Source: Atractiella rhizophila (taxonomy: Eukaryota). From it: a DNA stretch of 64,000 nt. Position numbers and translations under genes: made by a program. This document shows, one piece after another, positions 40,916 to 54,269 of this stretch (position 1 is the first letter of the stretch; every line of letters starts with the position of its first letter). The stretch is taken from the NCBI GenBank assembly GCA_021432655.1, contig MU271374.1:1-64000 (forward strand), read 5' to 3'. Below the pieces are notes generated by a model, which had not been told where the DNA came from, did no database searches, and saw only the letters and a list, made by a program, of their open reading frames with translations.

Positions 40916-41339
40916 ATTCTTTCTAATCTCCTCTTCAGTTCTCACTTGCAATGAATTTGAGAAATTGGCGAACACTATTTTGAATATTCAGAGACAGTTG
41001 TGAGTGGAACTCAAGTCGCAAGTACTTATACTCTAAGATCAAAAGTACTCCTTCTTGGATGCAGGTCTTAAGTAACTCTAGCGTACAGCAGGTAATCGTA
41101 AGCTTAGGTAGCTTACCAAGCCTGATGTGGAGGTGGTTCCACGTCTAAGTGGAGGTTCTGAGACGGGACGCTTTGTGGGCTTGCCTTCGAACAGTAGTAG
41201 GAAATGGAGCGAGTTACTAGCTGGACGAGAAGTCACAGTGTGCCAGTGGTGGTAGATTTGGAACTGTCAACAGTGACGGAGAGGTAATGAAAGTCCCGCA
41301 TAATGACGATATTCCATTATTACTCCTGAACTGACAAAG

Positions 41340-42734
41340 CTAGCGCACTACCTCCACCCCTTTCGTCCCCCAATAAATCGCTCTCCTAGGCTCTTCTGCT
41401 ACGACTAAGGAGTTACGCGTTTCCGTCGCGTCTGTTCCGATTTCAAGAGCGAAATGATGCGTTGAGAGATTGGCATAATGTTTTGTCGCGTCGTAGCTGC
41501 CAACATATCAGCTGTGGCGGAAGTCTAGACAGGGGGAGTTGCTCACTCTGAATGCGAAGCAGCAACACGGGTTGCATCCGCGTAGAGTTGTCCGAGCCTA
41601 TAATTGGAAGTATCAGTTCTGAGGATTCATCGGGGCAAAAGAAGCGAACTCACTCGTAGTTGATATCTTCTTTGTGCATCAGCTCTACAATACCCTCGAT
41701 GAGAGAAATTGCATCCTTCCCACTGATGCTATCACTGATCCAGCTCCCCAAACGTCCTTTCAGAGTCTGAATCGTGACGAGCCGTTCGTCTGAGAGTTTC
41801 GATTCGCTTGTCGAGAGGGAACATGTGCGACACGAACACGTAAAACCGTACATTGCCTGCAAATATCGTCTACAGTTTCTGAGAATTAGCCTCCTCTGAT
41901 TCCCCCGACGCTCAAGAAAAATATAACCTACTGTCGCTCATCTCGCACCTTTTTCGAGTCCCAATAAGACAAAAATACCTCTTGCCCCTCTGCGAGCCTT
42001 TTGACGACTCTAATCTCTTGCTTATTTACGCTCTCGTTCCAGTGGTACACTGCGTTGGCGCTCCCTGCACACGCGTGGTTTATCCTGGCTATGGTAGGGA
42101 AGAGTGACGTTTTTCCAGCAGCTTGCATTGCGTTCGTCTATCGCTGCTCTCATCAGCCATCCTCTTCTCATTTCCTATGGACAGGGGGAAATGTTCAACG
42201 AACCTGGAGGATCCCAAGAAGAGAAGGCAACTCTTTGTGCCCTTCCCACGCATTCGAAAGCTCCATTACCTTGAGTTGGTCCGCGGAGGACAGGACATCG
42301 AATTGTCCTTGGACGAATTGCTCCGCTTGGGAAGGAGAGAGCCCCTGGGCTTCGGAACTGGAAAATGAAATGATAGGCGTCTCACTCATCAGTAATGTAC
42401 CTGCTTCGATAGCACGGGAAGCCACGACTCCCATCCCACCTCCGCGGTCCTGCATCGCTACGATTATGTAGGGAGTATCGGAAACGATTGAACTGCCTGG
42501 GCGGGCTGTATGAGACACCAGAGTCGACAGTTGGAGGAAGACGGAGGGTATGGAACTCGGAGCGTAGATGGAGAGGCAGAGGAGTAACAGTAGCAGCAGG
42601 GAACTGAGATAGAGTCGTGTTGTGCCTTCGTGAAGACTGTTCGAAGGCGAGCCATATCGCAACCGAGCGTCGTTTGAAGATCCGGAGGTACTGGTGTTCT
42701 TACTTGGTCGCTTCTTCAGACCAGATGTTGCCAT
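41340..42734 (-). CDS. SET-domain lysine methyltransferase-like protein with N-terminal hydrophobic helix
   Basis: GMGVVASRAIEAGTLLMSETP; LFPTIARINHAC; EVFLSY; YGFTCSCRTC; TPR-like tail. Confidence 0.88.
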
Positions 42735-43568
42735 TGTGGAAGCTGACAAAAGCCTAATGAGCGCTGGAGTAATACGAGTGTGCATGCCGCAAACAGTCAA
42801 GAGCTTACAAGGGACCCCAATCTCCTCAGGATGTTGCTTATCTAACGCTTACTTCTTTCTTACTACCACGTTACACCTTACAATGACCACTTCAATGTGT
42901 GGTTACGGACACGTGACTCCGACCGAACTCGGCGGTCGGACAAGAACAGGAGCAGGGCCAGGAGCAAGGCGACCACGATTCTGGTGGAGACAGAGGCAAC
43001 AACAGTAGGGGCACTGAGGCAGGCACTGAGGTGGAGACAACTCAGGGGACACCTGTTCACAATCCAAGTTTCCCGCTGCGCCAAGTGAGCGATGATTCAG
43101 TCGCTTCCGGTTTCTTCAGAACCGGATCACCATCCCGTCGGTAGCACACCTTCCCGCTCCGCTCCCGCAGGGGGATCGAGAACTTTGGATTGCACCCAGG
43201 CTCGCACCTATCTCTACAACATAGGAAGTGGGAACATGGGCTTGGGAGAATAGTGATGCTGTCCAAGATATAGAAGGACAAGGGATGGGAATTACCAAAT
43301 GCCATTCGACGTGTGGAAGCTGGCATGGGAATTGGACTTCTCTATAGGTTCAGCTGAGCCAGGAGTGATTGGGCAATGGTAAGCTTGGAAAGGAGGTCCG
43401 TTTCAATTTTAGCCTCCACCTCCACTTGTCTGAATCGCAATAACAGCGATACTCATTCATATACCACTGCAAAAGGTATAAAGCCTAGCAGTTTGGAGCT
43501 TCCTCCCAACACATCTCTCAAACCAGCGACATCCAGTCTCAAGTATCGAAGCACAAAAACCAGTGAGA

Positions 43569-45114
43569 ATGTCCTCCACAGGCAACAGACAACTCAGGCA
43601 ACTCGGGAAGAATGGGCCCAAGAGTGCGTCGTTACCTGTCATCATCAATTGACAATGATTATACAATGCCACGCAGTTCCGGCTCTAGGATTTGGAGCGA
43701 TGGGCCTCAGCGCGTTCTACAAGAACGAGAAATCTGATGAGAATAGTAGGGAGGTGTTGAGGAAAGTGTGTTTTTCTTCCCTGTCATTTTGCACGAGATT
43801 GACTGGTTTCAAGGCAGTTGACGTTGGCTGCACCATGATCGATACTAGCATCGGTTCGCCTTCATTCATCTTTTGCTTGCATTGTCTAATGAACGGATAC
43901 TCGATCAGTCTATGGCCCTCCTAATGGAAAAAACGAAATTTTGATAGGTTCTCTTCTCAAAGATGCGGCGTTCAGGGAGAAAGTCTTCATCGCCACCAAG
44001 TTCGCTATGTTGTCCTTCTGTCAAGAGAGGAAACTGAAGAAACATTAATAGGTTCGGTATGGCGTTCGACGAAACTGGTGGAATGGTGCAATCTGGGAAG
44101 CCTGAAGACGTTCGTAGATGGTGCGAGATGTCTCTGAAACATTTGCAAGTGGACAGCATCGACTTGTACTATCAACATCGAGTTGATAGGTCGATTCCCA
44201 TCGAAGAGACGTGGAAGGAATTGGCAAAATTGCAAAAGGAGGGGAAGGTCAAGCATCTCGGGATCAGCGAGGCGACCTCTGAGGAAATTAGGAGGGCAAA
44301 CGCCGTTGCGAAGATTAGCGCGCTTCAAGTTGAGGTGCGTTGTTCCGTTTCTCTCGCCCCGTCAGCGAAATCTGACCTAATGGATGGCGAAGTTCTCCCC
44401 TTGGACTCGAGATATCAAATGGAACGGTATACTCGATACTTGTCGCGAATTGGGCATCGCGATAGTCGCTTATTCTCCTTTGGGAAGAGGTACGCGACTT
44501 CCTTCACGTTGTCACATCATGCTGAGCGCACGTTCTCTTAGGATTTTTGACTGGCGCAATTAAAAGTCCCTCTGATTTCGCGCCGGACGACTTCAGAGCT
44601 GCGCTGCCCAGGTTCCAGGGTGAGGCATTCAAGGAGGTGAGGTCGTCATTTATCACTATGTGCGATATTCTAATGCGGAAACGACAGAACCTCAAACTCG
44701 TGGACGCGCTTACGGAACTTGCAACTAAGAAAGGCTGCACGCCTGGTATGCCATCCTTTTTTGTCCCGAGGTGGGATTCTGGCTCATGGCTAACGTCCAG
44801 GGCAATTGACTCTTGCATGGGTTATAGCTCAAGGAGATGAGTGAGTTCCTCCATATACGGTTTAAGCTCACAATCGACCATATGGTGCAGCTTCTTCGCC
44901 ATCCCCGGAACTACGAGTACAAAGAACTTGGAAGAGAACGCTGGCGCTTTCGACGTCGTCCTCACTGCTGAAGATATCAAAGCCATCGATGACATTATCG
45001 AGAACATCAAGACGATTGGGGAGAGGGTTAGTTTCTATTCTTTTTCAACATCGAAAAGTTGACTGATATTGGAAACAGTATGACCCGGCTTTGAAAGCTC
45101 TAGCTGGATTCTGA
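43569..45114 (+). CDS. Aldo-keto reductase (YakC-like)
   Basis: [73 protein letters not shown]. Confidence 0.93.
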
Positions 45115-45693
45115 AGGACGAAATCGAAATCGAAACGCAATCAATCGCGAAAGAATTGAAATTGTCCGTACTCTGCTGAATGATTATGAATCGACTCAAC
45201 GGAATCAAAAAATAAATGGAATGACAAATGAACATCAATATGTTGATAAAACTGATGGTAGCTCTGAGCGACGCCGGACCAACAAACTAAAGCCCCATGA
45301 TTGCAAAATATATACATACACTTTCTCTCACAATGCTACAAACCTAATCCAAAGGAATCGACAAACCATCCCAAACAGGCATGGTAAGTGAAGTTTCCTC
45401 AAAAGCTCAGCAGTTCATCAATCTGGATCTGTCAACAGATACTGATATAGAATCAGATGTAGAATACACTGTCGAATTGTTAGGGACTGTTTTTGGTGAA
45501 TTATGAACAAAGTCAGAATCATTGCTGCAGTTTGTGCAGTTTGTTCTGGTTTGTGCAAATAACTACGTCGCATTTCTCAGCGGATAAATTTTGTTGACTG
45601 TGACCATGCCAGCTTTGGCTACTCCATAGATTTTAGGATCTGCCTTGCATGATCCTCTCGATATTGTCTTGCTATATTTTATTTCTTGTTTAA

Positions 45694-48328
45694 ATGACTG
45701 CCAACTCGAACGATTTATTCTCCCTGCAGCAATGTGGGAGCGGTGTTGGCGCTGCGTCTATTGTTATTCAGCGGGAATTGCAGATTGCGAACGAAAATGA
45801 GGGACTGGGTGCCCCAAAAAAGAAGAAGAAGAAGAAGAAATCTGGAAACAATTCTGCCTCGGTAAATGGTTCTCAAGTTAATGAAGGAGCGGTGAAGGTT
45901 GCAGGTGGGACAGCTGTCCGTGTGGAAGTGTCCCAGAGCCCACCGTTGAAGATCAGTAGAAATAAACATATGAAGGTACGTATTCTCTCGATGGTGACGA
46001 GATGTTGGTTGAAATATTGGTTCTGGAACTGCCTCGTAGTACATATCAGCTTACCATGTGAGTAGTCTCTACAGGTGTGTATTTACCGTGTTAACTTCGC
46101 ATCAAGGGACCGTGGCTGCAACTACCACTAGAGCTCATGCAATCGCTTCTCGCATTCAACAATTCTCCTGATCCTTCATCCACAAGCCCGTTTCGAATTG
46201 CTCTGAACAACGAGTTTGGTCGTCCCTCCTCCGGATCTTTGGCTTCTCCAAACGCATCTGCTTATTTTGACAGGGACCGAAATATTCGCTCACGAGCACT
46301 TCGAGAGATTGTTCGAGATCCCATCCTCGCATCTTATGCGTCCAATTCTGCATTGGCTAGGAATCACACATCTTTCGTTCCACCACCTGTGGATCCAGCA
46401 GTATTCAGTGCGGTCACCGAAGTCAGGAAGCTGGTGGAAGAAGCAACTGCATTGGCTATCAAAGCCTCATCTTGTGCGTTAGTCCACCTTGATTCAGCCC
46501 GTGTCTCAACCTGATCTTACTTTATCTCAGCTCTCAGCGTAAACTTCGACAGTAATTCTGGCGGCGGCAGAAATCTAACTCTCTCTCATGCTCGACAACA
46601 TAGACTTCGATTGTTAGCAGTAAGCAAACTAGCTGTTGCATATCGAATAGACGAAATCGCTGCTTCAGTTGCCATCATGCAAGGCTCATCGGCACTGGAC
46701 GATCTTGCGGAGCGAGTTCTTAAAACTGACCCTTCAAACACCGACGCACGATATGTCCATTTCTTCCACGAGAAAATTCCATCGCAGTGAGCTCAACACT
46801 CGCCTAAACCGAATCTAACAATCCAATGTAGAACACTTGCCGCATCGACAAATACGGAAGTTTTGGACCAACTGATAATCGAGAATCCTCATCAACTCGA
46901 GTACTACCGCACGTTAGGAGTGGTTAATGGCTTCAAGCAAGACTACAAGTCAGCTATCCGGAACTTTACCCAAGCTCTTCTGCAAGCGAAAGCAGCACGA
47001 CGGGCAAAGCAGTGGCGCGCTAACGATGCCGGAAAGTCTAATCGGAAGAAAAGCAAGTTGCCCAACAATTTTGCAGAATCTGATGGGGATCAACAACTTG
47101 TTCTTGCTGGCAAGGAGGGGTTCATTGGACTCACTCCTGGGGACGATATCGAGAGGCAACTTCTTTTCTTGCGTGGCATGGCATACTTCCATTTTGCTTC
47201 CTCCACCATAGAGGAAGCTGTTCTATCAGTCGAACGTGCCCCGAAACCTCACAATGGTCTCTCCAACGAAACCGGAGAACCAGGACTGGAGACGCTGGGA
47301 ATCCGATTGCCTCACCTCCAAAAGGGGCTCTATGGCTGTGCTACTAGTACCAAGGCGGAAGAGTACCGCACAAGGCTGAGGGATCCAGCTTTTCTAAAGA
47401 AGGTTATGACGCTTTTGTCCAAGTCCCTTAGAGATCATGAGCGATTTTTATCCTACTTTCCTGTCTCGGAAGTTCCACCGGGCTCTGTTTATGAGGTTCG
47501 CTCCCAGCTTTCTCTGCTGTGTTTACTGACGCAACGACTTAGGATGACAAACGTTTAAACCATCCTCGAGCAAATGAAAGAAGTCTGACGTTTCGAGGGA
47601 GACGCCTGATCCATTATCGCTGTCTAACAGGGCGGACGAAGCAATCTCCACCACGAGCCGATGGCCTCAATCCTGAGCCCGCTCTTTTGACAGCGTACCA
47701 CCCTCTTCTGATAGAATCCCACTTTACCGTCGTCCTGTGCAAGCTTCTGCTTGGAGACTTCAGCTCTCTCATTCACCAACATACCCGCGTTACTCGCCTC
47801 ATGGAGAACCTAGAAAGCCAGCCTGTCTTCCTCCCAGCTAGGTCGCTCAGTCAGTCCGAATATGCTGAACTAATGGAACGCCTGGCCGTGGTGTGGCTGC
47901 CTGACCGTGAAGCAGCGGGCCAAACCGTCCCCGAGGGCTCGGAACATGACATGGCATTGGAAGGACCCCTTGCATGTCTCCATTTCCTTGTATCTTTCTT
48001 TACGAAGGAGTATTCCGAGGTGCTCGAGCAACAGGCCAAGATTGCTGAACGAGAGGCCAAAGAGGAATCAAAGGCTAAAGCTAATGCTAGCGGGCTACTC
48101 TCTCTGCTTGATGTCTGCTATAAACCAACTGAGAGCAACGGGAAGAATTCGAACGGGGAGAAGAAACGTCAAAGTCGGGAGCTCGACCCACCTCTTAACA
48201 CTACGGCTAGGTCAGAAATGGCGTTGGCATGGTTAACTGCGAGCGTCATCCCTATGCTCCAGATGGCGGAGAAGGAAGGCGTGCTTCTCCACAGCGGCGG
48301 CAGGATGGATGACGATGATCTTGATTAA
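45694..48328 (+). CDS. Conserved fungal hypothetical protein (TPR-like segment)
   Basis: ISRNKHMKYISAYHGPWLQLPLE; AYRIDEIAASVAIMQGSSALDDLAERVL; YVHFFHEKIPS; TAYHPLLIE. Confidence 0.8.
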
Positions 48329-48694
48329 TGGAGCGTTGATAATTTGCATATTCTCGTTAGGTTTGAATGCTTTGACTCTGCGTTTTTCTGCATTGCTATG
48401 TTTGTAGATTTGGAGCCTGTCTTGGATAAGATAATTATGACCATTCTTGCAATATCATTGGAAAGTTCTTCATCGAAGCATACAATTCGTTCCAGGGGAC
48501 ACGCAGAGTGCGTTGATGATTGATTGCACAACCAGTCATTATTCGGTACGATAGACCCTACGGAAGCGCAGTGGTAGACAGTCAAAGCCAGGGAATAGAT
48601 AAACGAAATGAGCGAGGTACGACATCAAAATGCAACAACCAGACACCAAAAGGGAAATTGAAATTTTCGCCATTGAAGCGGAACGGCACCGACT

Positions 48695-51600
48695 AATGAT
48701 TTATGGATAAACAGCCTATTCCTTTAATTTCAGCAAAACAGCTTTGATAGGGCAGAGGGGGAAAGTACGCACATCGATTTCCTTCTTATAGTGGTTCAAG
48801 ATCTGTTTCCTCTGCAACTTCTGCGCCGCGGTCAGAAGGCCGTTCTGTGGTGTCCATTCCTCGGCAGTGAGAACTACGCATTGAAGAGTCTCGAGAGGCT
48901 TGAGACCGGCCTTCTTTCCGACTGCGTTGAGCTCGTTGAGGACGGCCGTGTTAACATCCTTCTCCTTGACGAGCTCCTCAGCCGATTCGCTCTTGTTCAC
49001 GAGATGCTTCAGGTTGGCCTCGTGCACGAAGATAATGGCCATTGGCTTGGAAGCGGAGGAGGTGGCGTGTACGCAAATGTTACCGACTGTGGAGGCGGAC
49101 TTGTAGATACCTATGGAAATCGTCAATATATGTATGCCTGATCGTATAAGGAGCGTACTTTCTAACCGCTCCAACGCAACGTATTCTCCACCAGAAAGTT
49201 TGATTAGATTCTTCTTGCGGTCGATGATGGATAAAGTTCCGTCCTTGTTCCATTGTCCAATATCACCCGTCATGAACCAACCGTCCTCTGAAAATGCCTC
49301 CTTGGTCAAATCCTCCCTCTTGACTACATCACCCGCCAAAATCAATCAGATCCTCTTCATATTCTAAGAAGAAAGGACTGAGGGCCAACACGCACAGTAT
49401 CCCTTAGTGACAGATGGCCCACGGATCCAGATCTCTCCTTGAGCAGGCGTGTTCGTCGCAAAGTATCCGGCCTCCTCAACATCCTTCAGCCTGACTTCGA
49501 CGGAGGGCATTGGTGGTCCGACAGTTCCGTATTGGTAGAACGTCGGCGTGAGGACGGCACACATCCTGTCTCTCCCTCAGTTTTCTAGCGAAACGCAAAG
49601 CAGAAGACGCACCCGCATGATTCAGTCAAGCCGTATCCCTGAAGCATAGTCACTAGAGCGATATTCAAAAACTCCTGAGTGTCTCCCGACAGCGGTGCTC
49701 CACCATTCATTGCATATTGCAACTGTCCACCCGTGGCCTGTCTGACTTGTTTGAAGACAATCATGTCCGCCAACATTCCGAGAGGATTGATACCAAATGG
49801 CATGTACTTGCTCAGCCTCTTCGCGCCGAGAGCCAAATTGAAGACTCGCTCCTTCAACGCTCCTCCGCTCTTCACTCGTCCCGTAATACCCTTGCGAATC
49901 AGCTCCCAAACCGCGGGCACCCCGACCAAGATGGACGGCTTGAATTCTCGGATGTCCCCGAGGCAGTTTCGCACCGAGGTATCGGTCAGCGTCTTTACTG
50001 TCCCAAAGCCGATTGACACGCCAAGGTAGAGCATTGAGACCTCGATAACGAACTCCATGACGTGCTGCGAGTAACTGTCAGTTATGGGAGAGATGGAGGA
50101 AAAGAAGAAGACATGCCGCAAGTGGGAGATATGCAAGATACGAAAGACCGGGTTTGAGGAGGTGCCCAAGGTGAAACTCGACCGCGCCGACTGTATAGTC
50201 GTTGATGAATATCAAACTGGTAATCTAATGCGGAGCAAGAGGACGAACCAGAGGCCACGACATTCTCATGAGTAAGCAATACACCCTTTGGCGCACCAGT
50301 ACTTCCCGAAGTGTACATGATACAACAAAGGTCCTGATGCTTAGGAATGACCGGCTCCCACTCTTTCTCCTTGCCCATCTTCTCTACCTCATCGAGTGTA
50401 ACGACCTGGATGCCCTCCCGTGCCGCCTTCAGCTTCTCCAAAGCACCAGCTGGTACTTCGTCCTCGGGTCCATCGTAGATGATCACCTTTACGGTGGGAC
50501 AGTGGGGAAGGACCTTGGCGAGTGTTCCGAGGAGCGACGAGTGAGTAAACACCCCAGTGACTTCGGGCTCATTGATGGAATGTTGGAGCTGCGTGACGCG
50601 TCCGAATTCAATTAGCAAGACTCCCCGCGGAAGCCAAGCAGAGAAACGCTTACACCCTCTTCTCCTAATGAGTCGTAGGAAGTGGAAAAGACGATACTCT
50701 GACTGGAGCACGCGATAGCTACAGTCTGCCAATTGAGCCTACCTCGCCACAGCCGAAATGATTTATGGATAAACAGCCTATTCCTTTAATTTCAGCAAAA
50801 CAGCTTTGATAGGGCAGAGGGGGAAAGTACGCACATCGATTTCCTTCTTATAGTGGTTCAAGATCTGTTTCCTCTGCAACTTCTGCGCCGCGGTCAGAAG
50901 GCCGTTCTGTGGTGTCCATTCCTCGGCAGTGAGAACTACGCATTGAAGAGTCTCGAGAGGCTTGAGACCGGCCTTCTTTCCGACTGCGTTGAGCTCGTTG
51001 AGGACGGCCGTGTTAACATCCTTCTCCTTGACGAGCTCCTCCGCCGATTCGCTCTTGTTCACGAGATGCTTCAGGTTGGCCTCGTGCACGAAGATAATGG
51101 CCATTGGCTTGGAAGCGGAGGAGGTGGCGTGTACGCAAATGTTACCGACTGTGGAGGCGGACTTGTAGATACCTATGGAAATCGTCAATATATGTATGCC
51201 TGATCGTATAAGGAGCGTACTTTCTAACCGCTCCAACGCAACGTATTCTCCACCAGAAAGTTTGATTAGATTCTTCTTGCGGTCGATGATGGATAAAGTT
51301 CCGTCCTTGTTCCATTGTCCAATATCGCCCGTCATGAACCAACCGTCCTCTGAAAATGCCTCCTTGGTCAAATCCTCCCTCTTGACTACATCACCCGCCA
51401 AAATCAATCAGATCCTCTTCATATTCTAAGAAGAAAGGACTGAGGGCCAACACGCACAGTATCCCTTAGTGACAGATGGCCCACGGATCCAGATCTCTCC
51501 TTGAGCAGGCGTGTTCGTCGCAAAGTATCCGGCCTCCTCAACATCCTTCAGCCTGACTTCGACGGAGGGCATTGGTGGTCCGACAGTTCCGTATTGGTAG

Positions 51601-52820
51601 AACGTCGGCGTGAGGACGGCACACATCCTGTCTCTCCCTCAGTTTTCTAGCGAAACGCAAAGCAGAAGACGCACCCGCATGATTCAGTCAAGCCGTATCC
51701 CTGAAGCATAGTCACTAGAGCGATATTCAAAAACTCCTGAGTGTCTCCCGACAGCGGTGCTCCACCATTCATTGCATATTGCAACTGTCCACCCGTGGCC
51801 TGTCTGACTTGTTTGAAGACAATCATGTCCGCCAACATTCCGAGAGGATTGATACCAAATGGCATGTACTTGCTCAGCCTCTTCGCGCCGAGAGCCAAAT
51901 TGAAGACTCGCTCCTTCAACGCTCCTCCGCTCTTCACTCGTCCCGTAATACCCTTGCGGATCAGCTCCCAAACCGCGGGCACCCCGACCAAGATGGATGG
52001 CTTGAATTCTCGGATGTCCCCGAGGCAGTTTCGCACCGAGGTATCGGTCAGCGTCTTTACTGTCCCGAAGCCGATTGACACGCCAAGGTAGAGCATTGAG
52101 ACCTCGATAACGAACTCCATGACGTGCTGCGAGTAACTGTCAGTTATGGGAGAGATGGAGGAAAAGAAGAAGACATGCCGCAAGTGGGAGATATGCAAGA
52201 TACGAAAGACCGGGTTTGAGGAGGTGCCCAAGGTGAAACTCGACCGCGCCGACTGTATAATCGTTGATGAATATCAAACTGGTAACCTAATGCAGAGCAA
52301 GAGGACGAACCAGAGGCCACAACGTTCTCATGAGTAAGCAATACACCTTTCGGCGCACCAGTACTTCCTGAAGTGTACATGATACAACAAAGGTCCTGAT
52401 GCTTAGGAATGACCGGCTCCCACTCTTTCTCCTTGCCCATCTTCTCTACCTCATCGAGTGTCACGACCTTGATGCCTTCCCGTGCCGCCTTCAGCTTCTC
52501 CAAAGCACCAGCTGGTACTTCGTCCTCGGGTCCATCGTAGATGATCACCTTTACTGTGGGACAGTTGGGAAGGACCTTGGCGAGTGTTCCGAGGAGCGAC
52601 GAGTGAGTAAACACTCCAGTGACTTCGGGCTCATTGATAGAATGTTGGAGCTGCGTGATGCGTCCGAAATTCAATTAGCAAGACTCCCCGCGGAAGCCAA
52701 GCAGAGAAATGCTTACACCCTCTTCTCCTAATGAGTCGTAGGAAGTGGAAAAGACGATACTCTGACTGGAGCAAGCGATAGCTAAAGTCTGCCAATTGAG
52801 CCTACCTCGCCACAGCCGAA
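48695..52820. repeat. Near-identical 2062/2063-bp direct tandem duplication (48695-50757 and 50757-52820)
   Basis: Sequences align at offset 2062 with a few dozen SNPs and one intronic 1-nt indel. Junction GCCGA-A-ATGATTT has 1-bp overlap. Confidence 0.97.
48701..50738 (-). pseudogene. 5'-truncated duplicate (exon 2 to stop) of the long-chain acyl-CoA synthetase
   Basis: Reading frame and splice sites look intact, but exon 1, the ATG and the promoter are missing. Confidence 0.75.
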
Positions 52821-53247
52821 GCACTACGTCATGCTTTGCCCTGCTGACTTTTGAACGAGAAACTCACCCAGTAGAATTGTAAATGTTGAACCTGGTGTCC
52901 TTATCCAAACCTAACGTCCTCAGAGCGCTAGCGACAATTCTCACGCGATCCCCAAACTGCTTATAAGTCAACCACTCATAAGGTCCCAATTCAAAGTATT
53001 TCCACGTCTTCGTCTTCCCTCCCACCTCCTTCTGTTCCTCAATTATATTGAGGATCTTCCTGCTTGCAATGCCATTAACGTCTGGTGACCTCCTAATGAT
53101 GCTCTGTAATACTTCGTACACCGTCTGAGAACCGTCCGAGGGCGTGCTAATGAGGTCGCTCTTGTTGTGTTGGGCGAGTAAAAATGAGCGCCGAACGGGG
53201 GCGGAGCCAGGGGCTGCTGTGGCCTTGTCTTCTGTGGAGGCGAGCAT
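50763..53247 (-). CDS. FAA1: Long-chain fatty acyl-CoA synthetase (Faa1/Lcf1 family)
   Basis: IMYTSGSTGAPKGV, QGYGLTESCG, DGWFMTGDIG, IDRKKNLIKL..GEYVALERLES. Starts MLAST at 53247 and ends AVYP*. Confidence 0.95.
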
Positions 53248-54269
53248 GGCGGGGTGCTGGTGTGGGGAGAATGGAAGAGTCTGGGGCACTCGTTGGCTTC
53301 GTGGATTTTATTGACCGTGCCCGCCATTCGCGTGGCCGGGTGACCGTGAAATGCACAACAACGACAACACGATAACATTCTTCAGAACGACTTGCACAAC
53401 CGATAATTTCCCAAGAAGCTCTAGGTATATATAGAGGTAATTGGATAGGACTTGAATTTGTTGCACACGAATTATTGGGGACACGTATTAGGTGTGTACG
53501 CCAACTTTACATCGATTCAGCTGTTGTTGTTTCGCCGGGAACTCTCGCCTCCTGTGGAGCGATGGATTGCATGAAAGCAGCAGAGTAACGCCGGAAGGAC
53601 GTCTGGCCGTATATCAGACATTCGAGGCATGTTGGGAATGAAGGCTTGTTTCCGCGTCGAAAACAGCTGAATTCACATGCTGGCTGGCGGGAGCGGCTGG
53701 AATCACTCCACAATGTGCCAGAGCCAGAGATGATGATCCCTCGGCAAGAAAGCTTGATGAAAGTTTGATGAAACTGTGAGTGTAGAGAGTGCTGAATCCT
53801 CTTGACGAGCGCTATCCCGACGTGGATGGCTGTGATACTATCAGAGCATTGCTTTTTCAGAAGAGCACCACCGCATGAGCACGCAAGTGCTGCTGAGACG
53901 ATTTACCGTCTTCGTGCAATCATGTGCTGGCAGAACACTTACTTCGTTCTTGCAACAGAGCCCACGAAGGAAAGGAGCTAAAGATTCCTGACACACAATA
54001 GCCAGCACTAGTTTGCGATTGTCATCTCGGCTAACTTCTTTTCGAACTGGCACATTTGCAATTAACATGAGACTAATCATTACACAATCTCTCAAATGTC
54101 ATTGTTACCCACTATGCTCCCATGATGTAACAACTCCTACCCGGGCGCAACAATAACAGCCTAAAGCTAGAAATCGTCTAAAAATTGCTCTGCCTTAGTT
54201 TTCTTTTCCTCGAAGCGATCTTAGGGCTTAGTGTGCTCTCTAGAAGTTGTCAATTCGAATGCACGAAGA

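Noticed and set aside
45817..45840. (AAG)n microsatellite
   Set aside because: It encodes a poly-Lys, NLS-like tract inside a CDS.
50763..50840. In-frame double-length acyl-CoA synthetase made by splicing the last donor to the duplicate's exon 2
   Set aside because: The last intron is phase 0 and intron 1 is phase 2, so the join would be out of frame.
38142..53247. Possible lipid or secondary-metabolite cluster (elongase, reductases, acyl-CoA synthetase)
   Set aside because: The genes are housekeeping types interspersed with unrelated ones, and there is no PKS/NRPS/terpene backbone gene or cluster regulator.
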